In this document: positions 35,239 through 44,678 of the stretch, piece by piece
How the letters are laid out: each line of letters begins with the position of its first letter
How positions within the stretch are numbered: position 1 is the first letter of the stretch
Source of the DNA: a virus
Taxonomy: Duplodnaviria; Heunggongvirae; Uroviricota; Caudoviricetes
DNA: 64,000 bases
Reading direction: 5' to 3' (one strand)
IMG/VR virus record: IMGVR_UViG_3300032167_000002
Span: 88,286 to 152,285 of that record
Position numbers and translations under genes: made by a program
The notes under the pieces: model-generated
The model's database searches: none
What the model was told of the DNA's origin: nothing
The model's input: the letters and a program-made list of their open reading frames with translations, nothing else

Positions 35239-38200
35239 ATGGCACAAGTAAATGATTTACTCGTCCTTGGAAAAGCTAATTTTTTAAATGAGATAACTTC
35301 TTCTCAATTATTAAGAGCCTTTGGCGGTATTGCAGTAGATAGTTCAACTGAAGAATCTACATCTTTACCTTATTTTTTAGGTATTAAAGCTTTTGCTGAT
35401 GGTGGCAATGTTGTTTGGTCTAGTCCCACGAATACAGCTAATGTAATTAGACTTAATGCTTCTGGAACTTGGCCTATTAGTATTAGTGGTCTTGCCGCAA
35501 AAGCAACCGCTGATGCAAATGGAAGTACTATCACTTCTACTTATGCGAAGTTAAAATCTTATAATGATATGATTCATTCTACAAATGAATATACATTTGC
35601 ATCTCCGGCTTATTCTGGAGCCATTTGGATTAACTATCGAACTGCAAGTGGAGCAACTGATGGTAATATTACTACTTATAATTTTGGTAATGGTAAAGGC
35701 GGAACTGCAGGAGTTACTCTTGTGGCAACAACTTTTAATGGCAATGCTACCAGCGCTAATTATGCAACTTCTGCTGGTAATGCAAACACTTTAGATAATA
35801 TTGATTCTACTGGATTCTTAAGATATTACAATAGTAATACTGCAATATCATCTACTGAAGTTGTTAATACTCCATCTTATGTACATACGGTTAGTACAAC
35901 AGGTGGAAATATTACAACATCTGTGAAACCCTCTGGCATGAACAATGCATGGGGACTTATTCACTTACATACTCATACTGGTAATTACGCTACCTAGTTA
36001 GGTTTCGGTGGCACAACTGGAAATTTATATATGCGCAATGCTTATAATTCTGCAACTTTTGGTAGTTGGAAAACTATTCTTGATTCTGGAAACTGGACAA
36101 GCATTGTCGATGGAAGATATTTAAAATTATCAGGCGGAACAATGACTGGCTTAGTGTCATATAAAACCACAAATTATACTTCTACTCCAATGGCAATATA
36201 TGATGACGGAACAAATTATGGACATAGCTTAGTTATTGGTGCTGGCGGCACTACTTATATTGGAGCTGGTGAGGCTGCTAGTACTTTATATTCAACAAAA
36301 CTAAAAGTTACTTCTACTGAGGATTTAATTCTCGGTGCAGACAGTAATATTAGATTTCATACGAATGCAGATAATGCAACCACCACGAATGGAGTAACTC
36401 TTAATACCTCCAATTATTTTTATCCATAGACAACTAACACTGGTAGTGTTGGTACTTCTGGTAATAAATGGGGTTCCATGTATGCCACAACCTTTTATGG
36501 AGCTTTAAGTGGTAATGCTACAACAGCTAGTGCTTTAACTCCGATTACTACAAATGATTTAGCTTCTAGTAGTACGACTAAAAGACGCATTTGGTTTTGT
36601 TATGATAATAATACAACAGGTCGACCTGCTTATGATGATAGATTTACAATTCAAACTTCTACTGGAACATTATTTGCTCCAATTTTTAGTGGTAATTTAA
36701 GTGGTAATGCAACAACAGCAACTACTGCCAATGCCTTAGCAAGTACTGGTTATGGTAATGGTAATTTTACTTGGTTTCAAACTTCTGGAGAGTTCGCTGG
36801 CAATAGCGGATGGGCATCTTATTTAGTTTCTAATCATGGAGATGGCTCTAGTTATTATCATTAGATTATTGCTATACCATTTTGGGATCCTCCAAAATAT
36901 CGCCGCATGGAGGGTAATACTAGTACCGTTAAAGGCTGGTATGATTTTATTACTGATGAAAATTATACTACCAAGTTAGATGCTCGATATTACACCGAAG
37001 CAGAAGCCGATAGCCGTTTTGTAAATGTAACTGGCGATTCCATGAGTGGAACGTTAAGTTGGAGCGGAAATATTTCAAGTTTAAATTTCCGCACTGGACA
37101 TAGTGATTATGATGGTGTAATTAGTTATCAAACAAGTGGTAATGAAGCTATGTTATTTACTACTAAAAACGTAGTTACGAGTTTTATGTTTGTTAATGGT
37201 GAAGACACTATTACTAATATGGCTGCTGATAGATGGACTAAAATAACTCCCGGTTTACAAATTAAAAATAATTGTGTTGCGATTGGTAAATTAATTGCTA
37301 ATGGTAGTACTCCCAGTTATAAACTAGAAGTAGCTGGAATGACATATTCTTCAGGTCGTTACTTATCTGAAACAGTACCTTCTTCTTGGATTGATGGTTA
37401 GCGTTATAATAACGGTGCTTATAATGTAAATACTTATTCTAATGATGGCAGCTATAATCCTTGGATACGTGCAACTAATAGTCATGCTAATGTTGCTAAG
37501 TGGTTTAGTTTTGGTACATTAGGCAAACAATTTTATTGGATTGGTTCTACTACGAGTCGTACTGAAAATAGTTATGATAAAGGTATGTCATTTAATGTTG
37601 AATCTGGTTTATTATATGCTCCAATTGTTGGTGGCGATAGAATTTATACTGGCTATGATGCTGGAGTAACTGGCTCTGTATCTTGTTCTAATTGGTTCCG
37701 TTCAAGTGGCGCAACAGGTTGGTATAATGCTTCTTATGGTAATCATTTATACCCAAATACTGTAACAGGTTATGGCGGTTTTATGATGTATGGTAATGTT
37801 AGAGGTGGATATGAAGGCATTATTCTTGGTAATAGTACTAGTTATATGACATTGATGTCAAGTGACCCTCATCAAGGATTGTATAATGAAGCAAAAGGAC
37901 GTTGGATTATTTATTATAATAAAACTAATAATCAAACTTCTGTAAATGGCGCTTAGACTTCAGCAACAGCTTTTCCATTTACTATTTTTGGTGCAACTTA
38001 TATTGATGGTCGTTTGGTTGTAAAAGGCAATGGTTCTTCTTATAATGAAGGTATTCGTGTTTTACCTGCATCAAATGGATGGTCTAACTTATTCTTCTCT
38101 GGAACGAATACTGTAGAAGGCACTCATGATGGCGGTTGGTTAATCGGTCGTAGGGGAACAGCTGGAAGTACTTATGGTGCAGTTGGAGATTTCTGTATTG

Positions 38201-38766
38201 AAAATAATAATAGTGTTGGAAGTAATTTAACGTTAACTAAAGCTGGTATTTTAGTTAATATTGGACCAATCTTTGGCTATAGATATAAACAAACTAGTAA
38301 TGGCGCTGCTTTTATGTGGGATAAACCTGGTAGTAATTACACTGGTATGGGCGCTAATGATTCTAGTGACACTATTCAATTTAGAGCTTGCGATATCGCT
38401 GGTAATTGGGTAGATTATAAACAACATTGGAATTTCTATGGTGATTTATTTGCTTATGGCGCAAGATTTGCAAATAGAGGTACTTCAACATCTACTTCTG
38501 CTTATAGTGATTCAGCAGTTGAAATTCGTGAATACGGTTTTGGCGGCGCTCAATCTGATACTTGGGGAGTTGCTCCTCGTTTAAGTTTCCATTGGAGTGG
38601 ACGTGTTGCAGCGCAAATAGGTCTTGCTTCTAACGGTAAATTATATATCAATAATAATACTCAAGGAAGTACTACATTCTTACAAATTGTCGGTATGACT
38701 GGCTATGGTACTGCAGCCCCATCTGGTGCAGCTCCTGCTGGTTCAGTTTATTTTAAATATAGTTAA
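35239..38766 (+). CDS. Very large tail-fibre protein (about 1175 aa). TAG at 35995, 36427, 36862, 37399 and 37954. N-terminus is paralogous to 30525..32777.
   Basis: RBS AGAGAAAGGAG. Six frame-1 track ORFs (35239..35997, 36031..36429, 36478..36864, 36907..37401, 37585..37956, 38014..38766) are contiguous through TAG only. TAA stop at 38764, then a terminator. Confidence 0.65.
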
Positions 38767-38779
38767 CTAATTAATTGTA

Positions 38780-38824
38780 TACCTGAAAGATGCTTAAAAA
38801 AGTATCTTTCAGGTATTTTTTTTT
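38780..38824 (+). terminator. Rho-independent terminator (TACCTGAAAGAT...ATCTTTCAGGTA plus T9) closing the tail-fibre operon.
   Basis: 12-bp inverted repeat followed by TTTTTTTTT. Confidence 0.75.
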
Positions 38825-38854
38825 GACTTTTTTCTTCCTATTTCCCGCCAATAG

Positions 38855-38992
38855 AGGTCCTCAAAAAGAATTGTCCCAACACAAAAATAATCTTTATTCC
38901 CTCCTAAAATGGCATTCTCGAGGTCCTAGTGGGAACTCGTCTCGGTCCCCGGTTGGTCAATTTAGATTAATTTTTCGGTCCTAATTTTCACT
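38855..38992. promoter_or_regulatory. Intergenic region with four direct copies of an [A/C]GGTCC motif at 38855, 38921, 38943 and 38986 (CTCGAGGTCC / CTCGGTCC variants), upstream of the 39048 cassette. Candidate regulator-binding or promoter region.
   Basis: Repeats seen directly. There is no ORF and no tRNA-like structure in the region. Confidence 0.3.
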
Positions 38993-39047
38993 ATACTATG
39001 AGGGGATGGATAATGAAAATTTTTTGTATGGAAAGGAGACCTTACAT

Positions 39048-39488
39048 ATGTATTCCAACTATAATTATTATCCACAGCAACCTACACAGACTCCACAAGT
39101 CACCCAATAGCAATCAATGTACTAGATGCCCTATTTACGACAGGCGCCGCCGCAAACAGGACTGAAAGGCCGTTTGGTTAGTTCATTGGAAGAGGCCCGT
39201 GCAACCTCTATTGACTTCGATGGTTCTGTATTCTATTTTCCAGATTTGGCGAACAAACGAATCTACACAAAACAAATAAATATGGATGGTACCGCTACAT
39301 TATGTATGTATGAATTAAGGGAATTACCCATTGAAAAAGAAGAGAGCGCTGTATTGCCATCCGTTGAGAAATTTGTAACGAGAGAAGAGTTTGAGCGGGT
39401 CTTGGAGTATATTAAATCACTTCAAAAGCCAACCGAGCCGGCCGCACCCGCCCCGCAGAAACAGAAAGTAGAAATTTTATCATTCTAA
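39048..39488 (+). CDS. Hypothetical protein (about 146 aa) with a Gln/Pro-rich N-terminal extension containing TAG at 39108 and 39123. The core (from the internal ATG at 39126) has KGRLVSSLEEARA...DFDGSVFYFPD.
   Basis: RBS GAAAGGAGA plus ATG 39048. Frame 3 is open to TAA 39486 with two TAG in a QVTQ-QSMY- context. The track called only 39126..39488. Confidence 0.5.
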
Positions 39489-39498
39489 GGAGGTATGA

Positions 39499-39753
39499 AT
39501 GATGTATCCAGTAGACCCAAATGTTTTAATTCAAATGATTAAATCCGGGCGGAATCCTCAACAGTTGATGTTATCAATTTTACAAGGACAAGCCTATAAC
39601 AATCCCCTCGGAAAAAATCTCCTAAATTTAGCTCAACAAGGTCGAACCGACGAACTAGAGAAAGTAGTTCGTAATATTTACGCTCAATAGGGCGGTTCTA
39701 ATTTCGACCAGGAGTTCGAAGCCTTTAAACGTGCATTAGGCTATCAAAATTAA
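39499..39753 (+). CDS. Small hypothetical protein (84 aa) with TAG at 39688 read through.
   Basis: RBS TAAGGAGGT. Frame 1 continues past TAG to TAA 39751. Confidence 0.5.
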
Positions 39754-39773
39754 AATTTAAGGAGGACACAATT

Positions 39774-40496
39774 ATGTTTAATGGAAAAGGTTACAATTTA
39801 TCTGATATCGCTGCTGTAACTGGTAATCGCAATGGCGATGGTATGTGGGGCGATAATGGCTGGTGGATTATCCTGTTATTCTTGTTCGCAGGATGGGGCC
39901 GCGGCGGATTTGGCGGCTTTGGTGGCGGCTATGAAGCACCTTGTGCTACCCAAGCTGATGTCCGTGCCGCAGTTGACCAGCAAACTTTAATTTCTAAATT
40001 AGACAACCAGACTTATGGTTTGGCAGATTCTACTTACGCATTAAATAACTCTATTATGAGTGGTTTCCATGGAGTAGATACTGCTGTTTGCACTCTTGGC
40101 TACAATATTCAGAGTGGCTTTAACACTTTAGGTCACCAGATTAGTGATTGTTGCTGCGAGACTGGCCGTGCAATTGAGCGTGGCTTTGCAGAGACTAACT
40201 ATAATATGGCAACTCAGGCTTGCGACACTCGTCGCGCAATCGCAGACAGCACCCGTGACATTATTGATGCTAATAATGCTGGTGTTCGTTCTATCTTAGA
40301 CTTCTTGACTAATGATAAGATTGCTACTTTGACTGCTGATAACCAATCTTTGAAGTTCCAGGCTTCCCAGGCCGCACAGAACGCTTACTTGGTAAATCAG
40401 TTACGTCCATGCCCAGTTCCCGCTTATACCGTTCCTAATCCCTACTGCTGCAATACCTACTTTGGTGGATGCGGCAATGGTTTCGGTACTTTCTAA
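39774..40496 (+). CDS. Membrane-anchored protein (240 aa) with an N-terminal TM helix (WWIILLFLFAGW), a Gly-rich linker, and a Cys-rich C-terminal domain (CCCETG...PCPVPAYTVPNPYCCNTYFGGCGNGFGTF).
   Basis: Intact ORF with RBS AAGGAGGA. Hydrophobic segment and cysteine clusters seen by eye. Confidence 0.55.
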   Translation: MFNGKGYNLSDIAAVTGNRNGDGMWGDNGWWIILLFLFAGWGRGGFGGFGGGYEAPCATQADVRAAVDQQTLISKLDNQTYGLADSTYALNNSIMSGFHGVDTAVCTLGYNIQSGFNTLGHQISDCCCETGRAIERGFAETNYNMATQACDTRRAIADSTRDIIDANNAGVRSILDFLTNDKIATLTADNQSLKFQASQAAQNAYLVNQLRPCPVPAYTVPNPYCCNTYFGGCGNGFGTF

Positions 40497-40515
40497 TCTA
40501 AAGGGGGTTTAATTT

Positions 40516-40935
40516 ATGGAAATTATTGCTAATGCTCTTCAGACAGTTCCAGCAAATCAAAATGTTTATTTCACTGATACTGTGATTTGTGGTAATGCTA
40601 CGATTGGTCATCGTGATGATAGTGGTTTAGTTACTCTAAGAGGTTTAACCGACCAATGCCGGGCTAGATTCCGTGTTTCTTTTGGAGCTAACATTGGACT
40701 ACCAGCGGACGGAACAGTTGGCCCAATTTCTTTAGTTATTGCTATCAATGGTGAGCCTGTACGTGCTACTACTATGACAGTAACCCCAGCGGCAGTTGAG
40801 CAATTTTTCAATGTATATGCTTCTTTATATGTCGATGTTCCTCGTGGATGCTGTGTAACTATTAGTGTTCAGAATATTACAACTGATGATGTTGATGTTC
40901 AAAATGCTAATTTAATTGTTGACCGCACCGCTTGA
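40516..40935 (+). CDS. Small beta-rich protein (139 aa), possibly a C1q/TNF-like (BclA C-terminal-domain-like) trimer-forming module.
   Basis: Intact ORF with RBS AAAGGGGG. The resemblance is impressionistic. Confidence 0.4.
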   Translation: MEIIANALQTVPANQNVYFTDTVICGNATIGHRDDSGLVTLRGLTDQCRARFRVSFGANIGLPADGTVGPISLVIAINGEPVRATTMTVTPAAVEQFFNVYASLYVDVPRGCCVTISVQNITTDDVDVQNANLIVDRTA

Positions 40936-40949
40936 AAGGAGGAATAAAT

Positions 40950-41585
40950 ATGCATGAAGAAAGATTAAAGCATATGAAAGAAACTCTAATGTGTGCTGTT
41001 GAAATGCAGCTATGTGATTTAGGTGAGGTAGATACCAAAGAGCTTGGAGAAGCTATTGATATGATTAAAGATTTAGAGGAGGCAATCTACTATTGCACCG
41101 TCACTGAAGCTATGAAAGGCAATGGCTCAGAAATGGAGTTTGAAATGAAAAAAGGCGGCCATCACCAAGAGGAAAATGGTGACAGCCGCATGTATTATAG
41201 TGGCTCTCGCTATCCAATGATGTACGCCGACGAGGGACGTCGTCGTAGAGCTGATGGAACCTTCTATAATGACCCAATGTATATGGACGGCGGGTCTGGA
41301 AATGGTACCAGTTATATGGATAACGGAACTAGTCATATGGACCGTGGAAACGGAACCATGTATCGCGATGAGCGTGAGGGCCGCAGCTACAATAGCCGCA
41401 GAATGTATATGGAAGCCAAAGATATGAAGAGAGATAAAGCTACTCAACTTCGTGAGTTAGAGAAGTATATGCAAGAGCTATCTCAAGACATCACTGAAAT
41501 GATTGCGGACGCATCTCCAGAGGAGAAAGCATATCTTGAAAAGAAGATTACCGCATTGGCTTCTAAAATCGGTCAAATGAAATGA
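40950..41585 (+). CDS. Hypothetical protein (about 211 aa) with a low-complexity Met/Tyr/Gly/Asn-rich repeat region (YMDGGSGNGTSYMDNGTSHMDRGNGTMYRDE) flanked by helical ends.
   Basis: RBS AAGGAGGAATAAAT plus ATG 40950 (the track starts at 40932). TGA stop overlaps the next start. Confidence 0.5.
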   Translation: MHEERLKHMKETLMCAVEMQLCDLGEVDTKELGEAIDMIKDLEEAIYYCTVTEAMKGNGSEMEFEMKKGGHHQEENGDSRMYYSGSRYPMMYADEGRRRRADGTFYNDPMYMDGGSGNGTSYMDNGTSHMDRGNGTMYRDEREGRSYNSRRMYMEAKDMKRDKATQLRELEKYMQELSQDITEMIADASPEEKAYLEKKITALASKIGQMK

Positions 41586-41893
41586 TTATCAATGGAGTGA
41601 GATGGCGAGTCCGAATGGTCTCGCCATCTCATCCAATGCTACTAACCCCTTGGATGACTCATGCTCTTGGAGTTTGTGATAAAGTTACGCAAACTATTTA
41701 CATAGACAAGACGCTCAAACCAGCTAAGGTTAAAGAAGTGCTATGCCACGAAATTGTTCATGCTTGTATGTTTAGCTACGCAGTAGATTTATCATACGAT
41801 GAAGAGGAAATGGTAGCAGAATTAATGTCTAAATATGGAGACGAGATAATCAAATGGTCGAATAGAATTTATAATGGAATTAAAATGAAATAA
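41582..41893 (+). CDS. Small putative zinc metallopeptidase (103 aa) with an HExxH motif (CHEIVHACMF). Minimal ImmA/IrrE- or SprT-like protein.
   Basis: HEIVH motif seen directly. ATGA overlap with the upstream gene. TAA stop, then terminator. Confidence 0.45.
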   Translation: MIINGVRWRVRMVSPSHPMLLTPWMTHALGVCDKVTQTIYIDKTLKPAKVKEVLCHEIVHACMFSYAVDLSYDEEEMVAELMSKYGDEIIKWSNRIYNGIKMK

Positions 41894-41940
41894 AAAAAGG
41901 GTCGTATATGATTTATTCATATACGACCCTTTATTTTTTT
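41893..41940. terminator. Bidirectional rho-independent terminator (A7-GGGTCGTATATG...ATATACGACCC-T-rich) separating the + late module from the - module.
   Basis: Perfect 11-12 bp stem flanked by an A-run on one side and a T-run on the other. Confidence 0.75.
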
Positions 41941-42538
41941 ATGTGCAAATAGCCCACCCAGTAGATGTACCATCTTTGTTAATATATGGAATAGCAACTT
42001 TCCATCCATTAGCAGTTCCATCAACATTGACATATGGTATTGCACTCTTCCATCCATTGGCAGTTCCATCAATATTAATGCGAACTAATCCTCCACCATT
42101 AATCACTGTACCTCCATAAGTAGAGCTATCTCCTCGGTTTCTGATAATAACAATAGTAGGATTTGATTTACGAACAAAATGAAATCTAAAAGTTACTGTT
42201 GACCCAGCGGCTACATATACTCCTCCAAATGTAAAAGTTTTTTGTTCCGTATTATAATAGTTTCCTCCGCTAGTTTTATTGCTTACAGTAATTGTATTGG
42301 ACGTATGCGATGTTCCGTTAGAATCAGTAACAGTTACATAAACATCATATGCATATCCATATCCAGTAACAGTATCTCCCTAATTGTATGTTCCATTACC
42401 TGAAGCAAGACCTATTCTGCATGCAGTTATTAGTTGAGGTGTAGAACCAGTATTTTTATATTTGAGTAAATTTCTACTATAAGTAGCATCTATGCCCTAA
42501 TAAGAAAAACTCCAATCACTATGAGTACTCCATCCCAT
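41939..42538 (-). CDS. Hypothetical protein (199 aa) with two TAG read through. C-terminal tandem repeats of about 13 aa (DGTANGWKSAIPYVN / DGTANGWKVAIPYIN / DGTSTGWAI), possibly a wall-binding module.
   Basis: Not in the track because it is split by TAG. Translated manually from the reverse complement. ATG at rc(42536-42538) and TAA at rc(41939-41941), 600 nt in frame. Confidence 0.5.
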
Positions 42539-42616
42539 TATCTTTTCTCCTTTATCTCTTTTTTAATAAAAAATTTGGTGAAGTAAAAATATAAAATTAC
42601 TTCACCAAATTATGGT

Positions 42617-43087
42617 TTAGACAGGAACCTCATCGTCAGTCTTTAAAGGTAAAGCAATTGCCTTATTATAATAAGTTTCAGCTTGACCATTTCCACCTAA
42701 GCCTTTATATAATTTATAGAATTCCATTAATTGTTCCATCTGGGATTCAGTAATGTATTCTTGGCGTAAAAATCCTTTGCACAATTGGATTAAACGGAAA
42801 CGGTAAGAAGCAACAATTAAGTTCATATGAGATTTCTCTAAGTTCTCATTGTCGCGGCAATACTTTCTTAAATCTTCTAATTCTTGATAAATTGGTTCTA
42901 ATTCAACTTCAATGTGAGTACCAATTCTTTCATCAAGCTTTTGTTCTGCAATAATACGAGCATTTTCTTCGGCTTGGAGTTTTTCTTTCTTTAATTTATC
43001 ACCATGCCATTTTGCCCAACCCATTACAATAGCACTAATTAGACCGAACAAAATTTCTGTTCCCCACTCTGCTAAAAGAGCTTCCAT
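42617..43087 (-). CDS. Hypothetical protein (156 aa) with an N-terminal transmembrane helix (ILFGLISAIVMGWAKW). Possible holin-like or membrane protein.
   Basis: Track ORF. Hydrophobic N-terminus seen by eye. Confidence 0.5.
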   Translation of the reverse strand: MEALLAEWGTEILFGLISAIVMGWAKWHGDKLKKEKLQAEENARIIAEQKLDERIGTHIEVELEPIYQELEDLRKYCRDNENLEKSHMNLIVASYRFRLIQLCKGFLRQEYITESQMEQLMEFYKLYKGLGGNGQAETYYNKAIALPLKTDDEVPV

Positions 43088-43154
43088 AATAAAAGTTTTC
43101 CCCCTTTCAACTTCTCTATTGGATAATAAAAGAAGTGAAAGAGGGATTATCTAG

Positions 43155-43640
43155 TTAAGACCAATCGAATACTTCGACTTTATTATTTACATAGTGAGCA
43201 CCAATACAAATAGCATCACACTCATCTTGAGTAGGTTTTACACCATAAGTTTTTTCAACCCAAGCCTATGCGGCTTTCTTCTGGGCTGGACGGTCTTTAC
43301 CCTTAATACCAAGAGTAGATTTCCAAACGGTTGAAAGAACTGCGGTTCGAGGCATCTTTAATGTTACAAATAATTCATATAAAACACCAAAGACTTCTGC
43401 TAATGCTTTAAAAGTTTGAACATTGTTTGCAACATTGCCTTGAAGCTAAATATCTTCAAAAACAACTTCATCAATATCATATTCATTAATGAGTTGATTT
43501 ACTTTACTCCGAATAAAGTGAAGTCTATCTCCAACATCAGAATGGTCAGCAGTAAACTTACCATATTTTAGAAGCTTACCATCTTCAAATATGGCCCAGC
43601 CGCTTGTTCGGCTTGCCTAGTCTAATGCTAAAAGACGCAT
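43155..43640 (-). CDS. RuvC-like Holliday-junction resolvase (161 aa) with three in-frame TAG read as sense.
   Basis: Reverse-complement translation gives MRLLALD-ASRTSGWAIFEDGKLL...DEVVFEDI-LQG...CDAICIGAHY, a RuvC-family signature. Only TAG interrupts. ATG overlaps the dUTPase stop (TAATG). Confidence 0.65.
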
Positions 43641-44179
43641 TACTTAGATGTGGAGCCAAAACCGCCAGTGCGCTCTCCACCTGCGACGTCATCTTCAGTA
43701 ACGCCATAGGGAAGAATAATAGCCTGACCAATGGCCTCTCCCTTTTTAATCTGAATATTAAATGGAGATAGATTATAAATCTGGAAGAAAATTTCTCCTT
43801 CATTATCGGGATTGTTATAATAGTCAGCATCAATAACGCCGATACCATTACCCATCATTAACCAATATTTTAGAGGAGAAGAGCTACGAACACTCAACTG
43901 TAACCAAGTAGTCGGGTCAAGTTTGCATTTCATTCCAGTAGAAACAAGAGTTGGCTTGAAACCAGTCTCTTTTGTAAATTTAGACATAAGGTCCATAGTT
44001 ACGAACTCATCATCGCCTACAGGCCATAATTCTTTAGCTTCTGCAACCATTTGCCATACAGAAGGAATTATATAATCCTCTGCGGCAACCATATCATATC
44101 CTGCGGACTGTGCAGTCTTTCTGACCGGCATAGCGATGTCCACATCTATATATTTAGAAACTTTTTCAAAAATAGCCAT
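43640..44179 (-). CDS. dut: dUTPase (dUTP diphosphatase), 179 aa.
   Basis: Motifs AGYDM, VRSSS and GVIDADYYN seen in the track translation. Confidence 0.75.
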   Translation of the reverse strand: MAIFEKVSKYIDVDIAMPVRKTAQSAGYDMVAAEDYIIPSVWQMVAEAKELWPVGDDEFVTMDLMSKFTKETGFKPTLVSTGMKCKLDPTTWLQLSVRSSSPLKYWLMMGNGIGVIDADYYNNPDNEGEIFFQIYNLSPFNIQIKKGEAIGQAIILPYGVTEDDVAGGERTGGFGSTSK

Positions 44180-44184
44180 TTTTA

Positions 44185-44427
44185 TTAACCCCTTTCATAA
44201 GACACAACAAACATATCTTCGGGGTCTTTTTCTGCAGTAAACTGCTTAGTAGCTTGAACTACCATATATTCTTCAACCACTTGACCCTTAGCCTTAATCT
44301 GCTTTACTTTATAGCTAAAGCCAACTAAATCAAAACAAGGGTCATTTAAAAGCTCTTCATGTAAAGCTTCAACTGCGGCCTCATCGGGCACTCTATAAGT
44401 ATCAACAGCTTTTAACAAATATCTCAT
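44185..44427 (-). CDS. Hypothetical protein (80 aa).
   Basis: Track ORF, overlapping arrangement within the operon. Confidence 0.45.
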   Translation of the reverse strand: MRYLLKAVDTYRVPDEAAVEALHEELLNDPCFDLVGFSYKVKQIKAKGQVVEEYMVVQATKQFTAEKDPEDMFVVSYERG

Positions 44428-44678
44428 TTTATTACCTCTACTTTATAATTATATTCACTGACCATTAACATATCAAGTAACATATAGCACATATTAATAT
44501 TGCCAGATATTTTAATATTATTTATTAAGTATTTTTCACATAGCAATATAATATCTTCTGTTATTTGCTAAATATTATTGGTATTATTAGTTTTATCCAT
44601 AATTAAAATTTCATTTTCATATATACAAGTTTGGTAATTATTATTATCTATGAAAAAAATATATAAATATTTATCCAT
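44424..44678 (-). CDS. Candidate small protein (84 aa) containing one TAG. AT-rich and low confidence.
   Basis: Manual translation of the reverse complement gives MDKYLYIFFIDNNNYQTCIYENEILIMDKTNNTNNI-QITEDIILLCEKYL... ending in TGA. TAATG/ATGA coupling to both neighbours. Confidence 0.3.

Noticed and set aside
1-38766. Alternative explanation that the fragmented same-frame ORFs are pseudogenes, sequencing errors or programmed frameshifts.
   Set aside because: The reading frame is never changed at the junctions. Only TAG (never TAA or TGA) separates the pieces. Conserved motifs continue across the interruptions. The same phenomenon occurs in more than 20 genes on both strands.
38827-39047. 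Looked for a suppressor tRNA (or other tRNA) in the largest non-coding gap and in other intergenic regions.
   Set aside because: No cloverleaf-compatible sequence was found: no GTTCRANYC T-arm, no acceptor-stem complementarity, and no window of 70 to 90 nt with tRNA features on either strand. The region instead shows GGTCC direct repeats. The suppressor tRNA, if phage-encoded, is probably outside this window.
44424-44678. AT-rich 84-codon ORF with one TAG between two small - strand genes.
   Set aside because: Not fully rejected. It is kept as a low-confidence feature. Its very AT-rich, low-complexity sequence means it could equally be a non-coding spacer, although the start/stop coupling (TAATG and ATGA) to both neighbours is suggestive.
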